From NCBI GenBank assembly GCA_963720815.1, contig CAVRGX010000005.1, positions 733,736-797,735 of the forward strand: a stretch of 64,000 nucleotides of DNA, in the 5' to 3' direction. A program made the translations under genes and the position numbers. The DNA is from an uncultured Acidobacteriaceae bacterium. GTDB lineage: Bacteria > Acidobacteriota > Terriglobia > Terriglobales > Acidobacteriaceae. The notes under the pieces are model-generated. The model was not told where the DNA came from. It saw only the letters and a program-made list of their open reading frames with translations, and made no database searches. Of the stretch, positions 27,528 to 36,775 are shown in pieces (the stretch's first letter is position 1; every line of letters begins with the position of its first letter).

Positions 27528-28282
27528 GAAAAGTGTTCATCTTCGGGAGCTGCCTGGGTCTCCTGGCTTTGCTGGGGACTGTGCCGTTGCAGGCCGCCGA
27601 AGAGATCACTTTGGTTAATGGATTCCAATTGTCTTGCGACCATCGGGAGCAGGCCGGCGGAAAAGTGCGTTTGTTCACTCACCCCGATCGTGATGATTTT
27701 GTTGAAGTGGATGCTGAAGATATCGCCTCAGTGGAACTGGTCCCCGATCCTCCCCCGCCGCCGGTCGCCCCGGTGAAGCTCGTGCCGGAGCCGAAGCTTA
27801 CTGCTGCCGACGTGCATCAGCTCATAGCGAAGGCCGGCGCGACCCACAATCTTGATGTCGACCTGCTGGCCAGCATCGTAAGGGCAGAGAGCGGCGGAAA
27901 CGTCCACGCTGTCAGCCGCACGGGGGCCCGCGGATTGATGCAGTTGATGCCGGGAACCGCGACCGAACTGGGAGTCAACGACAGCTTTCGCGCGGATCAG
28001 AACATCAACGGGGGCACCACTTACCTGGACGCCCTGCTGGTGAGATACCACGAACAACTGGCGCTCGCGCTCGCCGCTTATAACGCCGGGCCTGCCGCCG
28101 TGGATAAATATCACGGCGTGCCGCCTTATCGCGAGACACGTATCTACGTGGCGCGGGTGATCGGCGAGTTCAACCGCAGAAAGCAGATGGAAAAGCTGCA
28201 CCCGGCAGTGATTTCGTCGATCTCGTCCATTTCACCCATCTCGTCTGTCCCAACCAGCCAATCGAGCGTTGCGCCCCAGTAG
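27524..28282 (+). CDS. lytic transglycosylase (SLT domain) with signal peptide
   Basis: ..IVRAESGGNVHAVSRTGARGLMQLMPGTA...AYNAGPAAV. The start overlaps the upstream stop (ATGA). Confidence 0.85.
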   Translation: MRKVFIFGSCLGLLALLGTVPLQAAEEITLVNGFQLSCDHREQAGGKVRLFTHPDRDDFVEVDAEDIASVELVPDPPPPPVAPVKLVPEPKLTAADVHQLIAKAGATHNLDVDLLASIVRAESGGNVHAVSRTGARGLMQLMPGTATELGVNDSFRADQNINGGTTYLDALLVRYHEQLALALAAYNAGPAAVDKYHGVPPYRETRIYVARVIGEFNRRKQMEKLHPAVISSISSISPISSVPTSQSSVAPQ

Positions 28283-28327
28283 CTCGTCGACATCTCAGCG
28301 TTCTGTAGCCGCAGTCCGGAGTCGCAC

Positions 28328-29395
28328 TTGAAGAAGAATCGATGGATCTACCTGGTGGGAGCCGTTCTGCTGGCGGCGTTGGGTTGGTTGGTCCACACAC
28401 GGGTTCACTTTCAATGGAGTGTTTTTCGCGACCAGTTGCAACATGTGGATTGGCGGCGTATCGCTTTGGGCACAGGCCTGGTCCTTTTCTGTTACTGGCT
28501 TCGCGCCGCCCGGTGGGCTGTTTTACTTAAACCGCAGAAGAAAGTCAGCTCACTGGCGCTCTTGGCCCCCCAGGTGATCGGCTTCACCGCAGTCGCCCTT
28601 TTTGGCCGTCTCGCTGACCTGGTTCGTCCGTATCTCGTTTCGCGAAAGACTGAGTTATCGCTGAGCTCGCAGGTGGCTGTGTACACGGTCGAGCGAATGT
28701 TCGATCTGGGCGCTATGGCGCTGATCTTTTCAGGTGCCTTACTCCTTGCGCCGGACCGGGCCACGCTGCCTCACCATGAGGCGCTGCAGCATACCGCCCT
28801 GGGTGGTCTAGTCGTGGCGATTGTTCTGGCGATCTTTGCAGTCATGGTGCGCGCTTCGGGCAATGCGGTGGCCAACCTGACGGAAAAGACTCTGGGCCGT
28901 CTTTCGCCGTCGCTCGGACACAGTGTAGCAAGTAAGATTCGCGCATTCCGCGATGGTCTCGATTCCATTGCGACCGTGGGTGATTTTGTCCTCGCTCTGG
29001 GAATATCGCTCCTCATGTGGAGCCTTCTGACACTCGCCTATCTCGAAACCGCCAGGGCCTTCGTGCTTTCTCCGGAACTCTCCGCCATGACGCTCGCGCG
29101 TTGCCTGGTGCTGATGGCCGCGAGCATGGTTGGGTCGATAGTCCAGTTGCCGGTGCTTGGCTGGTTTACGCAGATTGGCGTGACCACCGAGGTGATGCAG
29201 AAGGTCTTCCATGTGGCGTTTGAGCCGGCGCTGGCCTGCGGCGCCATGCTGCTGATCGTGACCTTTATGTGCGTGATACCTATCGGCCTTACATGGGCGC
29301 GTGTCGAGCACGTTTCGTTAAAGAAAGTTTCCGAGCAGTCAGAGCATCTCGGCCACGACGAAGCCGATCAGACGCCGGCGGTGAGCGAAGCTTAG
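28328..29395 (+). CDS. UPF0104 / lysylphosphatidylglycerol-synthase-TM-region-like (flippase-like) membrane protein
   Basis: 355 aa with about 8 predicted TM helices and an N-terminus typical of the family (..WRRIALG..YWLRAARW..). Confidence 0.55.
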   Translation: MKKNRWIYLVGAVLLAALGWLVHTRVHFQWSVFRDQLQHVDWRRIALGTGLVLFCYWLRAARWAVLLKPQKKVSSLALLAPQVIGFTAVALFGRLADLVRPYLVSRKTELSLSSQVAVYTVERMFDLGAMALIFSGALLLAPDRATLPHHEALQHTALGGLVVAIVLAIFAVMVRASGNAVANLTEKTLGRLSPSLGHSVASKIRAFRDGLDSIATVGDFVLALGISLLMWSLLTLAYLETARAFVLSPELSAMTLARCLVLMAASMVGSIVQLPVLGWFTQIGVTTEVMQKVFHVAFEPALACGAMLLIVTFMCVIPIGLTWARVEHVSLKKVSEQSEHLGHDEADQTPAVSEA

Positions 29396-29503
29396 AGCCG
29401 GACCAGCAAAACTCAGCGGCAAGGACGCTTGACCGGATTTTCCATCAGGGAAAATCCAACTTCCCTCGATGCCGGCCGGGTACAGCCACGCTGGTACTGC
29501 TCG
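29394..29503 (+). repeat. ~110-bp structured repeat family, copy 2
   Basis: AGAGCCGGACCAGCA...GGATTTTCCATCAGGGAAAATCC...GGGTACAGCCACGCTGGTACTGCTC. It begins inside the TAG stop codon (29393-29395) of the upstream gene. Confidence 0.8.
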
Positions 29504-29605
29504 AATGAACGGAGTTGGTTTGCGCGGCCGATCGAAGCGTGACCAGCATCCTGCTTTTTAGTACTAAGGTCCGTAAGCTCCATAACTGCTAGAATTTGCT
29601 CACCG

Positions 29606-30085
29606 ATGAAATGCCCATATTGCGGATTCGCGCAGGATCGAGTGGTGGATTCGCGCGAAAGCAAAGAAGCGGACTCCATTCGCCGCCGCCGTGAATGTGA
29701 AGGCTGCAACAAGCGCTTTACCACCTACGAGCGCATTGACGAAATCCCCTACATGGTCGTGAAAAAAGACGGCCGCAGGGAGAAGTTCGAGCGCCAAAAG
29801 GTGCTGAGCGGCTTGCTGCGCGCCTGCGAAAAACGCCCCGTCTCGGCAAGCAAGCTCGAAGCGATCGTGGATGAAACGGAAGCCTACCTGGTCGACTCAC
29901 CCGAACGTGAACGCACGACGAACCAGATCGGCGAGCTGATTATGGACCACCTTCGAACGATCGATAAAGTGGCCTACATTCGTTTCGCCAGCGTGTATCG
30001 CGACTTCAAAGACGTACGCGAGTTCAAAGAAGAACTGGAACAGCTACTGAACACCAGGGAAGCGGCCAAGGCCGGCAAACGATAG
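29606..30085 (+). CDS. nrdR: transcriptional repressor NrdR
   Basis: MKCPYCG....VVDSR...IRRRRECEGCNKRFTTYE zinc ribbon plus an ATP-cone. Confidence 0.95.
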   Translation: MKCPYCGFAQDRVVDSRESKEADSIRRRRECEGCNKRFTTYERIDEIPYMVVKKDGRREKFERQKVLSGLLRACEKRPVSASKLEAIVDETEAYLVDSPERERTTNQIGELIMDHLRTIDKVAYIRFASVYRDFKDVREFKEELEQLLNTREAAKAGKR

Positions 30086-30127
30086 CGCAGCAAGAGAAAA
30101 AGCAGCAAGAGAAAGTAGGAGTAGCAA

Positions 30128-31162
30128 ATGGGAGCTGTACAGGGCTCGATCAGAACGCACACCGTGACACTGCTCGCCGGAGATGGCATCGGACCGGAGG
30201 TGACCAGTGCCGTGGTCAGCGTACTCGAAGCGGCCATCGAGGGATCGGGTGCGAAGTTTGCCTGGGAGCCTTTCCTCGTTGGCGCGAACGCGTTCGAAAA
30301 GCACGGTGTGTACATTCCGCAGGAGGTGTACGACTCGATCGAGCGGAACCGCCTGGCGTTGAAGGGCCCGGTCGCCACGCCCATTGCAGGGGGCTTCGCC
30401 TCCATCAATGTGCATCTGCGCAAGAAGTTTGAATTATTCGCCAACTTTCGCCCTATCAAGAATCTTCCTGGAATGGACACCCGCTATCCAGGCGTAGACC
30501 TGATCATCGTGCGGGAAAACACGGAAGGCGAGTACGTCGGACTCGAGCATGAAGTCGTGCCTGGCGTTGTGGAGTCACTCAAGATCGTCACCGAAAAAGC
30601 TTCCACGCGTATTTCGAAATTTGCCTTTGAATATGCCCGCAAATTCAAGCGGCATAAGATCCACGCGATTCACAAAGCAAACATCATGAAAATGTCGGAC
30701 GGGCTGTTTCTACGCTGCGCGCGCGACGTGGCCAAGGGCTTCCCTGAAATTACCTATGGGGAGCACATCGTCGACAACACCTGCATGCAGCTTGTTATGA
30801 ACCCGTACCAATACGACATGCTGCTTACGGAGAATCTGTACGGCGACATTGTGAGCGATCTGTGCGCGGCGTTTGTCGGAGGCCTGGGATTGGTGCCGGG
30901 CGCCAACCTGGGCACCGAATGCGCGATCTTCGAGGCTGTTCACGGTTCCGCTCCCGATATTGCCGGGAAAGACATCGCGAATCCGACCGCGTTGCTTCAG
31001 TCGTCCATTCTGATGCTGCGTTATCTCGGCGAGATCGGCACAGCCGACCGCGTCCAGGCCGCTATGGAAAAGGTCTACGTGGGGAAGAAGTCTCTTACGC
31101 GCGATGTGGGCGGCGCCAGCGGCACCAAGGCCTTTACGCAGGCCCTACTCGCGGCTCTCTAG
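30128..31162 (+). CDS. isocitrate/isopropylmalate dehydrogenase family enzyme, most like NAD-dependent isocitrate dehydrogenase
   Basis: [11 protein letters not shown]..., [18 protein letters not shown] and [10 protein letters not shown] motifs; 344 aa. Confidence 0.8.
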   Translation: MGAVQGSIRTHTVTLLAGDGIGPEVTSAVVSVLEAAIEGSGAKFAWEPFLVGANAFEKHGVYIPQEVYDSIERNRLALKGPVATPIAGGFASINVHLRKKFELFANFRPIKNLPGMDTRYPGVDLIIVRENTEGEYVGLEHEVVPGVVESLKIVTEKASTRISKFAFEYARKFKRHKIHAIHKANIMKMSDGLFLRCARDVAKGFPEITYGEHIVDNTCMQLVMNPYQYDMLLTENLYGDIVSDLCAAFVGGLGLVPGANLGTECAIFEAVHGSAPDIAGKDIANPTALLQSSILMLRYLGEIGTADRVQAAMEKVYVGKKSLTRDVGGASGTKAFTQALLAAL

Positions 31163-31366
31163 TGGAGTGCGTCACAAATACAATCGTGTATGTCGTGGGT
31201 GTGGCCGCGGACTCGGGTGCCCCATATCTCGCACGTACTTGTGCGAGATGTGGGAAAAGAGTCACTCTCTCCCCGAAACTCTCGACTCACTGCAAAGACT
31301 GGTCGGCTAAGGTCCATGAATTCCCCACATCTCGCAACAAGCGCGAGATATGGGGCACCCGAGTCC
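31160..31366 (+). mobile_element. REPIN/MITE-like element, copy A (207 bp shared with 42487-42693; 158-bp core with 24-bp perfect terminal inverted repeats)
   Basis: Inverted repeats are GGACTCGGGTGCCCCATATCTCGC (31209-31232) and GCGAGATATGGGGCACCCGAGTCC (31343-31366). Each end also folds locally (31220-31254, 31323-31355). Identity to copy B is 206/207. It begins with the TAG stop of the upstream gene. Confidence 0.8.
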
Positions 31367-31465
31367 CTCTTGATCGCGAGACCATAGGCAGACGGGGATC
31401 GTATCCCCCGGTTGCCTGCGGAATAGTCTAGAATTTCAATAGAATCTTTTCATTACGACAGGTCT

Positions 31466-32614
31466 ATGCAGACACGACACAAGATTGGCATTCTTGGCGC
31501 AACCGGAGTCATCGGGCAGCGCTTCATCCAGTTGCTCGAAAATCACCCATGGTTTGAGATCACATGGCTTGCGGCGAGCGACAAATCCAGCGGCAAGACG
31601 TACGGCGAAGCGGCGAAGTGGAAACTGGAGACACCGGTTCCCCCGCGCATTGCCTCGATGATTGTCTCTCCGGCCGACCCTGAAGGCGCTCCGGCAGTGA
31701 TCTTCGCTGCGCTCGATACCGACATTGCGCGTGAGTTGGAGCCGAAGTTTGCCGCAGCCGGTTGCGCGGTCATCTCCAATTCCAGCGCCTTTCGCATGCA
31801 GGAAGATGTTCCCCTGGTTATTCCAGAGGTCAATGCGTCTCACCTCGATCTGCTGGAGACGCAGAGCTGGCGCAAACAATCCGGCGGCTACATCGTAACC
31901 AACCCGAATTGCAGCGCCATCGGACTGGTTCTCGCGCTCAAGCCTCTGGCTGATCGCTTCGGGCTGGAAAGCGTTTTTGTGAGCACCATGCAGGCCGTGA
32001 GCGGCGCCGGCTATCCGGGGGTCGCCTCGCTCGACATCCTGGGCAACGTTGTCCCCTACATTCGCGGCGAAGAAGAAAAGCTTGAGGCGGAAACCCTGAA
32101 ACTGCTGGGCAAGCTGGCCGGCAAGAGTCCCGCTATGGGTATCGTCCCGCTGAACGCACGCGTAAGCGCGCACTGCAACCGCGTGGCTGTGGAAGACGGC
32201 CACACCGAGAACGTGAGCATCAAGCTGACGAAAACGGCAACGCGGGAAGAGATTCTTGCTGCCTGGAATGAATTTGCACCTCTGGCCGGCTACGATCTGC
32301 CCATCGCACCTGTGCAACCGGTAGAGTTCAGCTCCGCCGACGACCGGCCGCAGCCGCGGCTGGACCGCATGCGCGGCAAGGGTATGGGAGCGACCGTGGG
32401 CCGTTTGCGGCCGTGCTCGTTGTTGGACTGGAAGTTCACTGTCCTCTCCCACAACACCATCCGTGGTGGTGCAGGCGCAGCGGTATTGAATGGCGAGTTG
32501 CTGGCCGCGCTAGGCAAGCTTGCTCCAATCGAGAGCGCTGGAACGGCCAACGCTGGAACGGCCAACATTGGAACGGCAGGAGCCGCCCGCGACAGCGTGG
32601 TTGTTTCCGCATGA
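31466..32614 (+). CDS. asd: aspartate-semialdehyde dehydrogenase
   Basis: KIGILGATGVIGQRF...NPNCSAIGL...HCNRV. The C-terminal tail contains an (AGTAN)-like repeat. Confidence 0.9.
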   Translation: MQTRHKIGILGATGVIGQRFIQLLENHPWFEITWLAASDKSSGKTYGEAAKWKLETPVPPRIASMIVSPADPEGAPAVIFAALDTDIARELEPKFAAAGCAVISNSSAFRMQEDVPLVIPEVNASHLDLLETQSWRKQSGGYIVTNPNCSAIGLVLALKPLADRFGLESVFVSTMQAVSGAGYPGVASLDILGNVVPYIRGEEEKLEAETLKLLGKLAGKSPAMGIVPLNARVSAHCNRVAVEDGHTENVSIKLTKTATREEILAAWNEFAPLAGYDLPIAPVQPVEFSSADDRPQPRLDRMRGKGMGATVGRLRPCSLLDWKFTVLSHNTIRGGAGAAVLNGELLAALGKLAPIESAGTANAGTANIGTAGAARDSVVVSA

Positions 32615-34047
32615 AGCCAGTGGTCATGAAGTTTGGCGGCACTTCGGTCGAGGACGCCACTGCCATCCAACGCACTGCCAAAATCGTCGAAGGGCGGCGA
32701 GCGAAAGGGCAGCACCCAGTGGTCGTGGTGAGCGCCATGGCCAAAGTGACGGATCAGCTATTGGCTGCGGCCAAAGCCGCCGGCCGTGGCGACCGTAATG
32801 GCGCCCTGGCGATCAGCTCGCGACTTCGTCACCGCCATTGTGACACTTCGGCGTCACTCGTTCCGGCGGAGCGGCAGGCGGAAATGCAAGCCTGGATTCA
32901 GCAGGAGTTCGAGGCGATGGACGAAATTCTGCGCGGCTTGTCCGCGGTTGGGGAGCTGACCGCCCGCACCAACGATCTCGTCGTGAGCTACGGTGAGCGT
33001 CTCTCGAGTCGCCTGGTTGCAGAGGCCTTTCGCGCGCAGGGCATGCCGGCAGTCCATGTGGACGCGCGCACCTGCATCGTGACCGACGCACAGCATGGCA
33101 AAGCGGTTCCCAACGACGCTTTGATCGAGTCGCGTTGCGGCGAGCATCTGCGTCCTCTTGTGGATGCGAGGCAAGTGCCGGTGATGGGCGGCTTTATCGG
33201 TTCGACCATCGAGGGCGCCACAACAACCTTAGGCCGCGGCGGGTCAGACTATACCGCGGCCTTGATTGGCGGTGGTTTGGATGCCGAGGCCATCGAGATC
33301 TGGACCGATGTAAACGGCATCATGACCGCGGATCCGAGAGTCTGTCCTGACGCGCTGCGCGTCAAGACCATCAGCTTTGAAGAAGCTGCCGAGTTGGCCT
33401 ATTTCGGAGCCAAGGTCCTGCATCCGGCGACGATTCTGCCGGCCGTGCGGAAGAACATTCCTGTGCTGGTGCTCAATTCGCGCAATGCGGAAAACGAAGG
33501 CACCCGGATCACCGCGCTCGCGACCCATGGGCGGAGTCCTTTCAAATCGATCGCGGCTAAACGCAAACTAACGATCGTTGACCTGGTAGCTAGCCGCATG
33601 CTCATGTCGCATGGGTACCTGCGCGCCGTCTTCGAAGTGTTCGACAAGCACAAATGCGCCGTGGACATGGTGTCGACTTCAGAAGTCAGCGTTTCACTTA
33701 CCGTCGACTCCAATGAACAACTGCCCGAGCTGGCGGCGGAGCTGAGCAAGCTGGCGGACGTGACCTACGAAGGGCGCAAGGCGTTAATTTGCCTGGTAGG
33801 CGGCAATATACGCGGTCAGAACGGCATCGCAGCCCAGGTGTTCAACGCCGTACGTCACATCAATGTGCGTATGATTTCGCAGGGCGCGTCGGAAATCAAC
33901 ATGAGCTTCATGATCGACGAGGATGATGTGGATGAGGCAGTTCGCTCTTTGCACGCCGCGTTTTTTGCGGATCCAGATCCTCAAATCTTCGATGTTGCGG
34001 CGAGAGTGGAAGCCGGCAAAGCGAACGTAGAAAGTGTGCATCAGTGA
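32611..34047 (+). CDS. lysC: aspartate kinase
   Basis: MKPVVMKFGGTSV...TLGRGGSDYTAA plus C-terminal ACT domains. The ATG overlaps the asd stop (ATGA). Confidence 0.9.
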   Translation: MKPVVMKFGGTSVEDATAIQRTAKIVEGRRAKGQHPVVVVSAMAKVTDQLLAAAKAAGRGDRNGALAISSRLRHRHCDTSASLVPAERQAEMQAWIQQEFEAMDEILRGLSAVGELTARTNDLVVSYGERLSSRLVAEAFRAQGMPAVHVDARTCIVTDAQHGKAVPNDALIESRCGEHLRPLVDARQVPVMGGFIGSTIEGATTTLGRGGSDYTAALIGGGLDAEAIEIWTDVNGIMTADPRVCPDALRVKTISFEEAAELAYFGAKVLHPATILPAVRKNIPVLVLNSRNAENEGTRITALATHGRSPFKSIAAKRKLTIVDLVASRMLMSHGYLRAVFEVFDKHKCAVDMVSTSEVSVSLTVDSNEQLPELAAELSKLADVTYEGRKALICLVGGNIRGQNGIAAQVFNAVRHINVRMISQGASEINMSFMIDEDDVDEAVRSLHAAFFADPDPQIFDVAARVEAGKANVESVHQ

Positions 34048-34727
34048 TCTTCTTAGTGCTTGGGCGGGGAAAGACAGGCCAGGTCGTGGCCGACGTTGCA
34101 AGTCAGCGCGGACACAGCGTCCGTGTCATCGGCGAAGAAGAAAACGCCAATGCCTCGGCGCTCACGGGTCCCATGCTGAATCACTTCGACGCAGTCATCG
34201 ACTTCACCACGCCGCACGCGGTCATTCCGAATCTGCGAGCCTGCTTCGCCAACGGCGCGCGGGTCGTCGTCGGTACGACTGGCTGGTATGACAAGCTCGA
34301 CGAGATGCGCGACCTGTGCGAGCGCCGCCAGGCCGGCCTGCTTTACGGGGCGAACTTTTCCGTCGGCGTGCAGGCAATGTACCGCCTGGCCCAGGAGCTG
34401 GTGCCCCTGGTGCATGGATATGAAATCAGCATCTCGGAAACGCATCACGCTGAAAAGAAAGACGCGCCCTCGGGCACGGCCCTGGCCATCAAGCAGACGC
34501 TCCTCGAAGTGGACCCGACGCTGAAGATCGAGATTGTTTCCCATCGCGAAGGCGAAGCCGTGGGCACGCACACGATTAGTGCCCGGTTGGGAGACGATGT
34601 GATCCAGATTCGGCACGAAGCACTCTCTCGCCGCAGCTTTGCCGAGGGCGCAGTGCGCGCGGCGGAGTGGCTTGCCGGCAAGACGGGATGCTACGACTTC
34701 AAGGAAATTTATCCCAAGATGCAGTAG
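34044..34727 (+). CDS. dapB: 4-hydroxy-tetrahydrodipicolinate reductase (short form)
   Basis: ..VGTTGW... and ETHHAEKKDAPSGTAL motifs. The GTG start overlaps the lysC stop (GTGA). Confidence 0.85.
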   Translation: MIFLVLGRGKTGQVVADVASQRGHSVRVIGEEENANASALTGPMLNHFDAVIDFTTPHAVIPNLRACFANGARVVVGTTGWYDKLDEMRDLCERRQAGLLYGANFSVGVQAMYRLAQELVPLVHGYEISISETHHAEKKDAPSGTALAIKQTLLEVDPTLKIEIVSHREGEAVGTHTISARLGDDVIQIRHEALSRRSFAEGAVRAAEWLAGKTGCYDFKEIYPKMQ

Positions 34728-34780
34728 TCCTCTCCCATCGACGTTACGTCAACAGGATTTCCTAGTAGACTCCATTTGTT

Positions 34781-35674
34781 ATGAACCTCAGCGGTTGCGG
34801 TACAGCACTGGTCACTCCCTTTCACAGCGATGGCAGCCTCGATGAGGGATCGCTTTGCGAACTCGTCGAATGGCAGATCGCGAGCGGCATTCACTTCCTC
34901 GTCGCCTGTGGCACCACGGCAGAAACGCCCACGCTGCTCCACGAGGAGTGGCTGCGCGTCATCGAGATCGTCATCTCGACTGCAGCAGGCCGGGTGCCGG
35001 TTCTGGCTGGTTGCACCCACAATGCAACGCTCGAAGCTGTGGCCCTTGCAAGGGAAGCCGCCTCTCTACCCGGGGTAAGCGGCCTGTTGACCGCGAATCC
35101 CTTCTACAACAGGCCCGGCCAGGAAGGGCAATACCGCCACTTCCGCGCGATCGCCGAGGCGGTGGATTGCCCTGTCGTGCTCTACAACATTCCCGGGCGC
35201 ACCGGCACCAACCTTGAGCCGGCAACGGTCCTGCGGCTGGCCGAGGACGTGCCAAACATCCGAGCAGTCAAGGAATCGAGCGGTAACCTGCAGCAGATAG
35301 CGGAGTTGATCAACAGCGTGCCCCCTGGCTTTGCCGTGCTGGCCGGCGATGACCTGATGGGTCTTCCCGTGATCGCTCTTGGGGGCGCCGGACTCATTTC
35401 CGTCGCTTCGAACGAGATCCCTTCAGAAATGGCGCGCATGATGAAGGCCGCGATCGATGGAGATTGGGCTGCCGCCAGGACGCTCCATCGCAAATACTTC
35501 CGCCTGATCACGGCTAACTTCTGGGAGTCGAGTCCCGGGCCGGTCAAGAGCGTGCTGGCCATGATGGGCCGTCTCGAAGAAAACTATCGTCTGCCCATGG
35601 TGCCCGTGACCGCGGCAACCCGTCAGAAGCTCGCGGCCTTAGCCGGAGAGTTGGGATTGATTGAGCCATCGTGA
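34781..35674 (+). CDS. dapA: 4-hydroxy-tetrahydrodipicolinate synthase
   Basis: GCGTALVTPF....VACGTTAE...YNIPGRTG...KESSG. Confidence 0.9.
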   Translation: MNLSGCGTALVTPFHSDGSLDEGSLCELVEWQIASGIHFLVACGTTAETPTLLHEEWLRVIEIVISTAAGRVPVLAGCTHNATLEAVALAREAASLPGVSGLLTANPFYNRPGQEGQYRHFRAIAEAVDCPVVLYNIPGRTGTNLEPATVLRLAEDVPNIRAVKESSGNLQQIAELINSVPPGFAVLAGDDLMGLPVIALGGAGLISVASNEIPSEMARMMKAAIDGDWAAARTLHRKYFRLITANFWESSPGPVKSVLAMMGRLEENYRLPMVPVTAATRQKLAALAGELGLIEPS

Positions 35675-35733
35675 TGGTGGTTTGTTTTGGGTCGGGTTGT
35701 CTACGTCAGCATTCGCTTCGGGGCGCGAGATCA

Positions 35734-36670
35734 CCGCAGATCTCTCCACTTCGCTACGCTTCGGTCGAGATGACAAATTCAGTTTGGGGGCGAGTTCTCC
35801 ATTCCCGGGAAAGGCCTGTAGAACCGCAGATCTCTCCACTTCGCTACGCTTCGGTCGAGATGACAAATTCAGTTTGGGGGCGAGTTCTCCATTCCCGGGA
35901 AAGGCCTGTAGAACCGCAGATCTCTCCACTTCGCTACGCTTCGGTCGAGATGACAAATTCAGTTTGGGGGCGAGTTCTCCGTTCCCGGGAAAGGCCTGTA
36001 GAACCGCAGATCTCTCCACTTCGCTACGCTTCGGTCGAGATGACAAATTCAGTTTGGGGGCGAGTTCTCCGTTCCCGGGAAAGGCCTGTAGAACCGCAGA
36101 TCTCTCCACTTCGCTACGCTTCGGTCGAGATGACAAATTCAGTTTGGGGGCGAGTTCTCCATTCCCGGGAAAGGCCTGTAGAACCGCAGATCTCTCCACT
36201 TCGCTACGCTTCGGTCGAGATGACAAATTCAGTTTGGGGGCGAGTTCTCCATTCCCGGGAAAGGCCTGTAGAACCGCAGATCTCTCCACTTCGCTACGCT
36301 TCGGTCGAGATGACAAATTCAGTTTGGGGGCGAGTTCTCCATTCCCGGGAAAGGCCTGTAGAACCGCAGATCTCTCCACTTCGCTACGCTTCGGTCGAGA
36401 TGACAAATTCAGTTTGGGGGCGAGTTCTCCATTCCCGGGAAAGGCCTGTAGAACCGCAGATCTCTCCACTTCGCTACGCTTCGGTCGAGATGACAAGTTC
36501 AATTTGGGGGCGAGTTCTCCGTTCCCGGGAAAGGCCTGTAGAACTGCAGATCTCTCCACTTCGCTACGCTTCGGTCGAGATGACAAATTCAGTTTGGGGG
36601 CGAGTTCTCCATTCCCGGGAAAGGCCTGTAGAACTGCAGATCCCTCGGCTTCGCTCAGGATGACAAAGGG
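35734..36670 (+). repeat. 90-bp tandem repeat array, 10 near-identical units plus a degenerate 11th
   Basis: Exact 90-bp period (unit starts 35734, 35824 ... 36544) with at most 3 substitutions per unit and no unique spacers. Confidence 0.95.
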
Positions 36671-36775
36671 GAGAGCGGTGCTTTCATAAAGAGAAGTTGC
36701 CGCTTAACGGAGCTTTCATCTTCTTGGGTGGGTCCCCCTCACCTCTTACACAGTTTGAACCATGGGAAAGACGGG

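Noticed and set aside
31367-31465. Lysine riboswitch (L-box) upstream of the asd-lysC-dap cluster.
   Set aside because: The spacer left after the REPIN-like element is about 100 nt, too short for an L-box, and no conserved L-box helices were recognisable.
35734-36670. Possible CRISPR array.
   Set aside because: The period is 90 bp with essentially identical units and no unique spacers. There is no leader or cas gene, and the units are not palindromic in the way typical CRISPR repeats are.
35639-36689. Three long ORFs (315 aa on the minus strand, 342 and 330 aa on the plus strand) covering the dapA-dapD spacer.
   Set aside because: They exist only because a 90-bp (3n) unit lacking stops in those frames is repeated 10 times. 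Two of them start inside dapA. They have no RBS or start context, overlap each other on both strands, and have perfectly periodic low-information sequence.
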